Shown piece by piece: positions 35,579 to 48,623 of a stretch of 58,066 nucleotides of DNA (position 1 is its first letter; the number at the start of each line of letters is the position of its first letter). Under the pieces are notes generated by a model. It searched no databases, was not told the origin of the DNA, and was given only the letters and a program-made list of their open reading frames with translations. Location of the stretch: the NCBI GenBank assembly GCA_964457905.1, contig CAYWGA010000005.1, positions 1 through 58,066 on the forward strand, read 5' to 3'. Source of the DNA: an uncultured bacterium. Its GTDB lineage: Bacteria; Krumholzibacteriota; Krumholzibacteriia; Krumholzibacteriales; Krumholzibacteriaceae. Position numbers and translations under genes: made by a program.

Positions 35579-38500
35579 CTATCTGAGCAGGACCATCTTC
35601 ACGGTCCGCTGGTATTCATCCGCCTCCATCCGGCAGAAATAAATCCCGCTCGCCGTCGAATGCCCGTTTTTGTTCTTTCCGTCCCATACAGCACCGTATG
35701 TACCGGCATCCCTCGTTTCGTCGACCAGCACCCGCACGAGCCTTCCCGCAACGTCGTAAATACGCAAGGATACTTGGGATTTATGAGAAAGGCTGAACGT
35801 GATCCTCGTTACCGGATTGAACGGATTTGGGTAGTTGCCCGCCAGGGCCATGACCGCGGGAATCTCGTCACCGGTTATATCGGGCGAAGCTCCAAAACCA
35901 TGGAACCAGAGTCTCCCACAGGCATTCAGAAACTCGTTTCTCGTCCGAAAGCCGCTTATTCCATTCCTGATCCTCATGAAGCTGAATCCGATCCATTCTG
36001 TCTTGACTCCAGTACCGGTAGCATTGTCGTGTTCGGAGAAGACCGCGGCAGAGGCGGTGCTGTCGCCATATTCGGAGTAATCCAGGACACTGAAGCCATT
36101 TCCGACCGGCCGAAGGACATCGAAGTCGGCCATCAGGGGGCACCCTCCAGACAGATAGAATTCTTGTCCCTCAAGCGGTGTTCCTGGAACTCCCGTCACA
36201 AGAGGACTGGTAATCCCTCCGCCATTTGCTCCACCCGTCATTTCAAAGAAACTCGAGTGTGCCAGGGAAGTACCGCACCAGTCTTCCATCAGGTACAGCC
36301 CGTCGCTGTATCGCGAGAGATCGGAGGCAACGTTGTCTCCCAGCACAAGGAGGCCATGCCTGTTATATGTGAGCAGATCGAGCCAGGCGATGAGGAAAGT
36401 GATATCATCGCTTTTATCCTGTCCGTTGAACGCCGAGATGATCGTCCCCTCAGCCAGGTCCCCGCAGTCCCAGTAAACCATTCCATAGGCAAACTTGAAG
36501 GGTATGGGACGTGCCCGACTCCCGAGGCTGTTCCCCGCCATCGCGGAGGGCTGGTTTACGTCGTAGCGGTCTGGGATCTCCATGGCCGTCGAGGCGATCG
36601 CAGCGAAAGTTGGATCCATATATGTCTGCACCAGCCCTTTGGGCGTGCCGCGCCCATCGAAATCATCGACATATAGAGTGGATGAAATGATTCTCAAGGT
36701 CGGCAGGCAGGTGAACTCAAAGAAGTACCGTTCAGGACAGCATGATGGAGGCGGCCACGTCGGAGGCAGAGTAGTGCTGATGCCGTCGAGATCGTAAGCC
36801 TTGAAGTAGTACTCGATCATGTATCCGCGAGTGAAGAGGGAGTCGTTCAGGTCGATGCAATATTTGTCCGGGGCAATGGCACCGAATGATGTCCGCGCTG
36901 GTTCGCAGAGAAGTACGGTCCAGTCGCCGTCGTCGCTTGCGTAGGAACCATAGTTACCCTCGAGCTGCGGGCCGAAGAGGTCGGGCTTACCGTCAAGGCC
37001 GTAGAAACGAGTGTTACAGTGGAAGTAGACTCGAGCCTCACCAGTGCCGAGTGTATCGAGACCGCCGGCGTTCGGCGCCCAGCATGATACAACGACAGAA
37101 TCCCCCGGAACAATGCCAGGATAAGACGGAGAACTGATATCGGCAGCCATATCGGCACGCACATAACTTTCCATCTCATCGGTCGAGGGGAAGTTGTCCT
37201 GGAAGAGGTCGGCTCCCTGGTATGCCCACTGCGGGCCGACAACAGAGTAGCGGCTCACCTTGACGTTGTCGAACCAGGGCGCCGGCGTATGCTCGGCGCA
37301 GTCGCCGTATATCCCGTACCAGGCCGAACACATGTCGATGACACCGAGGGCGACCTGTATCGAGTCCCCGGTGACAAAACTGCTGATGTCGTGCTCAAAA
37401 CGGTACCAGAGTCCGTCGTCGCCGTAGTAGCGGACCACCGGATCCTCGAGCCAGGGCTGAGGGCAGCCGTCCTCGATGTTTCGGACCTTCCAGGTATGGA
37501 AGACGAGGTTCTTGACTGGATTGTCAAGGTAAGCGGTGTAGCTGAGCATATACCCGCCCATGTCATCCAGCTGAGCGGGCGGAATATCCGAATCCTGGTG
37601 CTCGTCACAGCCGGCACTGTACCTGCCGAGTGCAATTACCGGCGATATGACCATCTCGTCCTGGCATGGTTCGTTGAGGCCCATCTGCCCCGTGCAGAAG
37701 GGCGTGTCAAAGAGCCCGGGGTATATGTTGCTTTGATAAGGCGAACCTGTGAAGAAGGTGATGATCGTTGCGAAGTTATTTGCGCAGGGATCGAGATCCA
37801 CGAGATTGTTCTCCAGCTCGGAATACGCGCCGTAAGCGTACCCTGTCTTGTCGTACCACCGCCCGTATGGAGCCGTGCCGGCGGCGAACGACTCGAAGTC
37901 CTCGTAATCGAAAACGCTCCCGTCATAGACTATGGTGATACTGTCGATGATGACGGCGCCGTCGGTGTCTATCAGGCCGTCCTCATCGGAGACCGCAGCG
38001 TCGGAGGTGAACCGGAAGAAATAATACGCCCCCCATTCGGTCGAATACGGCTTTTCTATAACATGAGTAGCGACCGTGTCGACAACACCGGAATAAGTCG
38101 CCCAGATTTCTCCATCCCCATTAAACCAGCCTACCGTTACGATATCTTTTCCCTCTTCTGTATCGCAGACGAGGTGGTAGCTGATTTCCACGAGGGTATC
38201 GGGGCCCCAGGCCATCAACGACTGCTCCCAGTCGTTCCCGTACCCGTAGGTGCCCGGGGGCCAGTTGCAGAGTGCGGGGTAGTTTTCCGGCCTTGCCCCT
38301 ATCCAGACCGAATTCGATCCCTCGAGCGGGACGAGGCGGCCATGAGAGCCCCCGCCGAGTCCGGCGAAGTCTTCGACTGTGGCGAAGTTACCGGCCTGAA
38401 CTGTATTGTCGACCTGTGTCCAGCCCTGCCAGTTCATCTGCTCGAAGTCATATGATGCAATGCAGTAGGTGTCGACCGCGGCGATGACATTCGCCCTTGG

Positions 38501-38671
38501 GTCAAATCCGACGATGTCGGACACGTCCTCCCTGACCACCGGTTTGTAGAATCTCGGCTTGGCGACGATTTTGTCTTTTCCTTGTGATACTGAACCGACG
38601 GTGAGGATAAAAAGAACCACGAGCAGGACAAACCCCGCCGCGGCAGCGACTTTCATACCCGAGTTTTGCAT
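35579..38671 (-). CDS. Giant secreted paralogue GP6 (first gene of the array) with FlgD-Ig/T9SS-type CTD
   Basis: 1030 aa with GAGGGGGAG before the ATG at 38671 (alternative ATG at 38656). Signal ...FILTVGSVSQG. Same module order. Confidence 0.85.
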   Translation of the reverse strand: MQNSGMKVAAAAGFVLLVVLFILTVGSVSQGKDKIVAKPRFYKPVVREDVSDIVGFDPRANVIAAVDTYCIASYDFEQMNWQGWTQVDNTVQAGNFATVEDFAGLGGGSHGRLVPLEGSNSVWIGARPENYPALCNWPPGTYGYGNDWEQSLMAWGPDTLVEISYHLVCDTEEGKDIVTVGWFNGDGEIWATYSGVVDTVATHVIEKPYSTEWGAYYFFRFTSDAAVSDEDGLIDTDGAVIIDSITIVYDGSVFDYEDFESFAAGTAPYGRWYDKTGYAYGAYSELENNLVDLDPCANNFATIITFFTGSPYQSNIYPGLFDTPFCTGQMGLNEPCQDEMVISPVIALGRYSAGCDEHQDSDIPPAQLDDMGGYMLSYTAYLDNPVKNLVFHTWKVRNIEDGCPQPWLEDPVVRYYGDDGLWYRFEHDISSFVTGDSIQVALGVIDMCSAWYGIYGDCAEHTPAPWFDNVKVSRYSVVGPQWAYQGADLFQDNFPSTDEMESYVRADMAADISSPSYPGIVPGDSVVVSCWAPNAGGLDTLGTGEARVYFHCNTRFYGLDGKPDLFGPQLEGNYGSYASDDGDWTVLLCEPARTSFGAIAPDKYCIDLNDSLFTRGYMIEYYFKAYDLDGISTTLPPTWPPPSCCPERYFFEFTCLPTLRIISSTLYVDDFDGRGTPKGLVQTYMDPTFAAIASTAMEIPDRYDVNQPSAMAGNSLGSRARPIPFKFAYGMVYWDCGDLAEGTIISAFNGQDKSDDITFLIAWLDLLTYNRHGLLVLGDNVASDLSRYSDGLYLMEDWCGTSLAHSSFFEMTGGANGGGITSPLVTGVPGTPLEGQEFYLSGGCPLMADFDVLRPVGNGFSVLDYSEYGDSTASAAVFSEHDNATGTGVKTEWIGFSFMRIRNGISGFRTRNEFLNACGRLWFHGFGASPDITGDEIPAVMALAGNYPNPFNPVTRITFSLSHKSQVSLRIYDVAGRLVRVLVDETRDAGTYGAVWDGKNKNGHSTASGIYFCRMEADEYQRTVKMVLLR

Positions 38672-38947
38672 CTCTCCCCCTCAGAATGCGTCCCGGCAGT
38701 ACGGTGCCCTCCCCCCGAAGGCCGCACGCGTGGCGCCGGTATTGCGTTGCGCTGGTCGGCTGGTATCGGGCAGAGCGGGTATCTCCGCCGGCGACGCAGA
38801 GGATCGATGTCAGATGCAGGAGTATTGCCTCAGGGCAGGGGGGTCAGTATCGACACAGGCAGGTTATAGAGAGTCGGATCGGTGGAGCCTCCCCTGTGCC
38901 GTAGCGCCCTTGCGGCCTCCGACACTAATTATCGAACCACCATAATG

Positions 38948-38976
38948 TTTATATCATAAATTCATATATTTTTCAA
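38948..38976 (-). promoter_or_regulatory. Sigma70-like promoter candidate for the giant-paralogue array
   Basis: The minus strand reads TTGAAA (38976-38971), a 17-nt spacer, then TATAAA (38953-38948). It sits in a short AT-rich island in otherwise GC-rich DNA and would give a ~270-nt leader before GP6. Confidence 0.4.
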
Positions 38977-39092
38977 TGAGTTTCACCATTGCAAAGTTGT
39001 CCTTTCTAATAAGGTATTTCAATCAGGAATCGTTTTCATCCTCGCCTTTTTGCCCTGTTTTGGCCATACTCCCTGCTCACACGCCTTTAACC

Positions 39093-39122
39093 TTGACAAT
39101 AGCCCGCGCGAAGCCCTTTATT
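39093..39122 (+). promoter_or_regulatory. Sigma70-like promoter candidate for the DUF4912/GH57 operon
   Basis: TTGACA at 39093-39098, then TTTATT 18 nt downstream. GAAGGAGGA SD lies before the ATG at 39153. Confidence 0.35.
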
Positions 39123-39152
39123 GATTGAACTAACCGCGAAGGAGGAATAGCC

Positions 39153-40352
39153 ATGAATAAGAATGAATTGCGAGAAATGACGAAAAAGGACCTCCTCGCG
39201 CTCGCGAAGAAGAAGAGGATCTCGGTATCCGAATCAATGCTCAAGGCCGATATCGTAGACAAGGTATTCGGCGGGCTCTCCAAGGGCACGGGGAAGACCA
39301 GGACCAAAGTTAAATCGAAGACAGTAACAAAGCCCAAACCCAAGGCGAAAGTCAAAGCTAAAGCCAAAACAAAGCCGAAGGCTAAAGCGAGACCGAAGGT
39401 AATAACGAAAGCGAAGGTCAAGACAAAGGCTAAAGCCAAGGCCGCGGTGAAACACGCTCCCGCCGCGCCTAAGGAGTGGGCCAACGGCCGCACCATCAGG
39501 CAGAAGGCTGTCGCCGGGAAATACGAGCGTCACGCCGGCCCCGTCTCGATGCCGCCGGTCGAGTCTATGGAGATCCCCGCCGACTACGGGGTGACACGCA
39601 TTGTCGCGATGGCGAAGGATCCGGCCTGGCTATTCACATACTGGGAGATTACAGCCGAGCGTTTCATGGAGCTCGAGAAGAAATTCAAGAATGACTGGAC
39701 GAAGTGCACTATGGCGCTGAGGACATACGACCGCGCCGCAAAAAGTCACTCCGACATGAACATAAGCTACGAGGCCCGTGCGTATTACGTCAACGTCACC
39801 CCCGGGGGCCGCTACCAGATCGCTATCGGGGTCATCACTCCCGCCGGGAAGTTCGTCACGATAGCCGAGTCGGCGATAATCGAAACGCCTAGCGGGCGGA
39901 TGAGCGACCGCGTCGACGAGAAGTGGGTCATCCCCGACGATGTATACGACCGTGTCTTCGCCGCATCCGGCGGGTACGAGGTCGTCGCAGGCGGCGGCTC
40001 AGCCGAGATGCGAAAGATGCTCGAGGCGAGGCTCGAGGAGCAGCTCTCCTCCGAGGGCGTCTCCAGCTTCGGCAGCGGCGAACTGATGCCCGAGCAGAAG
40101 GAGCGCGGGTTCAGACTCCGCGTCGCGACAGAATTGATACTCTACGGCGCCACCGAGCCGGACGCGAAGGTCACGATACAGGGCAAGCAGGTCAAGCTGC
40201 GCGGCGACGGGACCTTCACGGCGAGATTCGCCCTTCCAGACGGGACGATCGAGATACCGGTCACCGCCGTTTCGGGTGACAAGGTCGAGGAGCGCACGAT
40301 AGATACCGACGTTAAAAAGAAATCGAACGAGAAAGCGCCGGTCGTAAAATGA
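39153..40352 (+). CDS. DUF4912-family protein with Rho-N/SAP-like N-terminal helix pair and lysine-rich linker
   Basis: 399 aa. N-terminus NELREMTKKDLLALAKKKRISVSESMLKADIVDKV. A K/A/P/T low-complexity tract follows. DUF4912-like YGVTRIVAMAKDPAWLFTYWEIT. The stop overlaps the next start (ATGA). Confidence 0.75.
   Translation: MNKNELREMTKKDLLALAKKKRISVSESMLKADIVDKVFGGLSKGTGKTRTKVKSKTVTKPKPKAKVKAKAKTKPKAKARPKVITKAKVKTKAKAKAAVKHAPAAPKEWANGRTIRQKAVAGKYERHAGPVSMPPVESMEIPADYGVTRIVAMAKDPAWLFTYWEITAERFMELEKKFKNDWTKCTMALRTYDRAAKSHSDMNISYEARAYYVNVTPGGRYQIAIGVITPAGKFVTIAESAIIETPSGRMSDRVDEKWVIPDDVYDRVFAASGGYEVVAGGGSAEMRKMLEARLEEQLSSEGVSSFGSGELMPEQKERGFRLRVATELILYGATEPDAKVTIQGKQVKLRGDGTFTARFALPDGTIEIPVTAVSGDKVEERTIDTDVKKKSNEKAPVVK
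39294..39452 (+). repeat. Low-complexity lysine-rich coding repeat (KxKxK tract)
   Basis: Encodes GKTRTKVKSKTVTKPKPKAKVKAKAKTKPKAKARPKVITKAKVKTKAKAKAAVK. The DNA is AAG/AAA/GCN-rich imperfect repeats. Confidence 0.8.
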
Positions 40353-41934
40353 AGAATGACAGCAAGGGTTACCTGGCGCTCGTCCTCCACGCCCACCTCC
40401 CCTACGTGAGGCATCCCGAGTACGATGACTTCCTCGAGGAGGACTGGTTCTACGAGGCGATAACGGAGACGTACATCCCGCTCATCGAGATGTTCAACAG
40501 GTTCGAGGAGGAGGGCATCGACTATCGTATAACGATGTCGCTCACTCCCTCCCTTCTCTCGATGATGGCCGACCCTCTCCTTCAGTACCGCTACCTGCGG
40601 CACCTGAACAGGTTGATCGACCTCGCGGGCCGCGAGATAGAGCGGACCCGCTGGATGCCCGAGTTCCATGAGCTCGCACTGATGTACCACTGGAAGTTCA
40701 CCCGCGCCAGGCAGGTATTCCTCGAGAGGTATGACAGCAACCTGATCACCGCCTTCAAGCACCATCAGGACACGGGAAAGCTCGAGATCATCACCTGCGG
40801 CGCGACGCATGGCTTCCTGCCCCTGATGCCGAACGAGAAGGCGGCGCAGGCGCAGATAACGATCGCCGCCGACCATTACGAGAAGCATCTCGGGCGCAGG
40901 CCGCGCGGGATCTGGCTCGCCGAGTGCGGGTACAGGCCGGGCGTCGACAAGCTGCTCAAGAACGCCGGCATCAAGTATTTCTTCACCGATACGCACGGAA
41001 TACTCTACGGCACGCCGCGCCCCAAGCACGGTGTCTTCGCCCCCGTCTACTGCCCCGACACCGGTGTGGCCGCATTCGGCCGCGACCGTGATTCGTCGAA
41101 GCAGGTCTGGAGCGCCAAGGAAGGATATCCCGGCGATTTCTACTACCGGGACTTCTACCGCGATATCGGATTCGACCTCGACTATGACTACATACGCCCC
41201 TTCCTCCATTCGGACGGGAACAGGATCCACACGGGGATCAAGTACCACCGGATCACCGGCAAGGGAGACGAGAAAGAGGCCTACAGGCCCTCGATCGCCA
41301 GAGAGAAAGCCGCCGAACACGCGGGGAACTTCATGTTCAACCGCGAGAGGCAGGCTGAGCACCTCTTCGGGCTGCTCGGGCAGAAGCCTGTCATCGTGTC
41401 GCCGTATGACGCCGAGCTCTTCGGCCACTGGTGGTACGAGGGGCCGGACTGGATCGAGTTCCTCCTGCGGAAGATCCACTACGACCAGGACACCATCGAG
41501 ATGATAACGCCGTCCGAGTATCTCGAGCGTCACCCGTTGCAGCAGGTCGTCCAGCCGTCGATGTCTTCGTGGGGTTACAAGGGGTACAACGAGGTCTGGC
41601 TCGAGGGATCGAACGACTGGATATACCCCCATCTTCACATGATGGCGGACCGCATGGCCGAACTGGCCGGCCGCTATCCGGACGCCGACGGGCTGCTGCG
41701 AAGAGCCCTTAATCAGGCCGCTCGCGAGCTTCTTCTTGCACAGAGCAGTGACTGGGCGTTTATAATGAAGACCGGAACGATGGTCGAATACGCTCACAAG
41801 AGGACGAAGGACCATACTGGTCGCTTCGACCGTCTCTATAATGATATACTCGCCTCGAGGATAAACGAGAAATGGCTAGGTGAGGTCGAGAACAGGGACA
41901 ACATATTCCCGGACATCGACTACCGCGTTTATGC

Positions 41935-41938
<4 letters not shown>
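40349..41938 (+). CDS. GH57 1,4-alpha-glucan branching enzyme-type protein (GH57 N-domain plus DUF1957)
   Basis: 529 aa. GYLALVLHAHLPYVRHPEYDDFLEEDWFYEAITETYIPL, then WLAECGY (nucleophile Glu region) and YDAELFGHWWYEG (acid/base Asp region), as in Thermus/Thermococcus-type GH57 branching enzymes. Confidence 0.85.
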
Positions 41939-46468
<4,530 letters not shown>

Positions 46469-46475
46469 TCCGGTG

Positions 46476-47396
46476 TCAGCGGCCGGGAAACATCTTCTTG
46501 AGCCCTCCGAAGGAGGTCTCCTCGATACCGGTCGGGTCGGCGTACCAGCCGGAGAGCATCGTGGTGAGCCACCACATCGCCTTCCCCTTCTGCTCGCAGC
46601 TCTCATACGAAGTGTGCGCCGTATCGTTCCCGTACCACTCCGGATGCTCGGAAGGCACATCTGCCCCGTTGTACTCGTAAGTCTCATGCTCCCAGGAACC
46701 GGATATGGTGTTGTACCACCAGGCGTCGAGGTCGGCGAAATCGTAGAGCACCTTCTCGTTCGTTATACAGAATGCCCTTATCCGCTCGTTCAGCATATAC
46801 CTGTTATATCCGTTAGCGCCCGTCACCTGAGCGTTCCCAGTCGAGTAGACGAATGTCACCCGGGGGGACTCGATCTCCAGCACCGACATCGAATCGAGAT
46901 AGGCATCGACGAATGCCGTGTCCGCTGTCTCCAGTTCCTGGCAGAAGACGAACATCGATATATTGATCGACGGATTGCCGTTCAGAACAGCTCGCGTCTC
47001 GTTCATCCCCGCTTCGGAGGCCCAGAAAAGGTCGGGAGTGATATAGGTCGCTGATGTCTGGCCGTTAAAGATGCAGAGCGCCCCGGGGACTACGGGCAGG
47101 ACGTTGTTCTCGTAAACGTAGGCGAGAGTTGGAAGGTTACCTTCGACGATACGGAGCCCCTCCGGTATCTGCATCCCGTGGGATGTGTGCCCGTAATGCA
47201 CCTTTATCTTCGTTTGTGCCGAGTCGATCCAGGCGGCGGGTATCCTCGAGAGGTCGGTGCAGGTATGCTCTATCACCAGCGGACCCACTCCCTCCCATGC
47301 ATGGGAGGGAGCCGGTGCCGCTGTCAAAACAGCGAGCAGCAGCGCAAAGGCTGCTGCTCCAGCCGTAGCTTTATGTCCTTCACGGAGTCCTGTCAT
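46476..47396 (-). CDS. Secreted hypothetical protein, paralogue of 47439-48614 without the CTD
   Basis: 306 aa with signal ending PSHA|WEG. Shares HTCTDLSRIPA..ID, HYGHTSHGMQI, NPSINISMFVFC.ELE, VTFVYSTGNAQVTG..GYNR, KVLYDFADLDAWWYN and HTSYESCE.K..AMWWL with the next gene. Confidence 0.75.
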   Translation of the reverse strand: MTGLREGHKATAGAAAFALLLAVLTAAPAPSHAWEGVGPLVIEHTCTDLSRIPAAWIDSAQTKIKVHYGHTSHGMQIPEGLRIVEGNLPTLAYVYENNVLPVVPGALCIFNGQTSATYITPDLFWASEAGMNETRAVLNGNPSINISMFVFCQELETADTAFVDAYLDSMSVLEIESPRVTFVYSTGNAQVTGANGYNRYMLNERIRAFCITNEKVLYDFADLDAWWYNTISGSWEHETYEYNGADVPSEHPEWYGNDTAHTSYESCEQKGKAMWWLTTMLSGWYADPTGIEETSFGGLKKMFPGR

Positions 47397-47416
47397 AGGA
47401 GTAAACCTCTGTCCTG

Positions 47417-47447
47417 ATTATACTCCATTTTCCGGCTACTATCTCAA
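47417..47447 (-). promoter_or_regulatory. Weak promoter candidate for the 306-aa gene
   Basis: The minus strand reads TTGAGA (47447-47442), a 19-nt spacer, then TATAAT (47422-47417). The spacer is longer than optimal. Confidence 0.25.
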
Positions 47448-48614
47448 AAGGATCATCTTTTTCGTATCCCTGAGCCCGTTAGCCGTTATCGAATAGAAAT
47501 ATACGCCACTTGCGACTGAACGTCCGGAGGCGTCCTTTCCGTTCCAGTTCACTTCATGTCTTGCCGCGGGAAGCGTTTCATCCACGAGCGTTTTCACGAA
47601 TCTTCCCGCCGCGTCGAATACGTCGAGCTTCGCGCGGCCGGCCGCCTCGAGCTCGAACGCAATCATCGTCGACGGGTTGAACGGGTTGGGAAAGTTCTGG
47701 TCGAGAATACTGACAGCTGAAGGCAGCGGCAGATCTCCCGATCCGGTCGCCGGTGAAGATGACCAGCCGGTCAGCGTCGCTGTCAGCCACCACATCGCGT
47801 TCGTCTTGTTCTCGCAACTCTCGTACGACGTATGCGAAGAGTCATTACCGACCCACTGCGGATGCTCGCAAGGAACGGCCGTCCCCTCGTAATCGTATGT
47901 CGCCTGCTCCCATTCGCTTGTAGAGGAGTTGTACCACCAAGCGTCGAGATCGGCAAAATCGTAGAGCACCTTGTTGTTCGCCGAGCAGTACTCTCTGATC
48001 CGCTCATTGAGCTGGAACCTGTTGTATCCCTGGCTGCCGGTTACCTGCGCATTTCCTGTGGTATACACAAAGGTCACACCGGGGAACTCGGCCTCCAGCA
48101 TGGTCATGGCGGCGAGATAACCGTCGATATAATCCGTGCTCGCATTCTCCAGCTCTCCGCAAAAGACGAACATCGATATATTGATCGACGGATTGTTGTT
48201 CAGCACTGATCGCGTATCGTCCAACCCTTCTGGCGTCGCCCAGTACATCCCGGGCATTATGTAAGTCGCCGAAGTCATTCCGTTGAAGATGTTGAACGCC
48301 TCCGGCTTTGTCGGAAGAACGCTGTTCTCGTACTCGTAGTCGAGCTCCGGGTACGCACTCTCCAGGATGGAGAGTCCCACGGAGATCTGCATGCCGTGAG
48401 AGGTATGGGCGAAGTGCATCCTCTTCGTCTCCTTCACCAGGTCGATATGTTCAGCGGGTATCCTTGAAAGGTCAGTGCAGATATGATTTATAACCAGCGG
48501 TTCGCTGCCGTCCCACGCCCGGGCCGGTGACGCCACTGCTGACAGTAAAAGACAAAGCAGTACTGCCGAAGCTGTCCACCATGTGGATGCTCGTCCTGCA
48601 TAGGAATTTAACAT
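47439..48614 (-). CDS. Secreted hypothetical protein (same family as 46476-47396) with FlgD-Ig/T9SS-type CTD
   Basis: 391 aa with signal ending PARA|WDG. CTD: NFPNPFNPSTMIAFELEAAGRAKLDVFDAAGRFVKTLVDE...GVYFYSITANGLRDTKKMILLR. Confidence 0.8.
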   Translation of the reverse strand: MLNSYAGRASTWWTASAVLLCLLLSAVASPARAWDGSEPLVINHICTDLSRIPAEHIDLVKETKRMHFAHTSHGMQISVGLSILESAYPELDYEYENSVLPTKPEAFNIFNGMTSATYIMPGMYWATPEGLDDTRSVLNNNPSINISMFVFCGELENASTDYIDGYLAAMTMLEAEFPGVTFVYTTGNAQVTGSQGYNRFQLNERIREYCSANNKVLYDFADLDAWWYNSSTSEWEQATYDYEGTAVPCEHPQWVGNDSSHTSYESCENKTNAMWWLTATLTGWSSSPATGSGDLPLPSAVSILDQNFPNPFNPSTMIAFELEAAGRAKLDVFDAAGRFVKTLVDETLPAARHEVNWNGKDASGRSVASGVYFYSITANGLRDTKKMILLR

Positions 48615-48623
48615 CTGTGTTCA

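Noticed and set aside
18014-38671. Regularly spaced (~3.1-3.2 kb) repeated DNA that could suggest a CRISPR-like, IS-like or satellite structure
   Set aside because: The repeats are the in-frame CTD-coding ends and leaders of paralogous genes. There are no short direct repeats with spacers, no terminal inverted repeats and no transposase or integrase.
18014-38671. Giants as InhA/M6-type metalloproteases or C25/gingipain-like proteases
   Set aside because: Reading all six sequences, I found no HEXXH. The only conserved Cys/His candidates (SIFCTAYE, then WVGHS) are in the opposite order to caspase-fold His-then-Cys proteases. The idea is therefore left as untested.
39077-39496. 139-aa hydrophobic ORF (…ALAFGFVLALALTFALGLG…) that looks like a membrane peptide
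   Set aside because: It is the reverse complement of the lysine-rich AAG/GCN tract of the DUF4912 gene (AAG read as CTT, GCC read as GGC). It is therefore a compositional artefact.
40142-41815. Long minus-strand ORFs antisense to the GH57, ligA and ald genes (40142-41815, 43024-44469, 44789-45784, 51905-53143)
   Set aside because: The opposite strand encodes unmistakable GH57, LigA and Ald proteins. The antisense products have no recognisable features.
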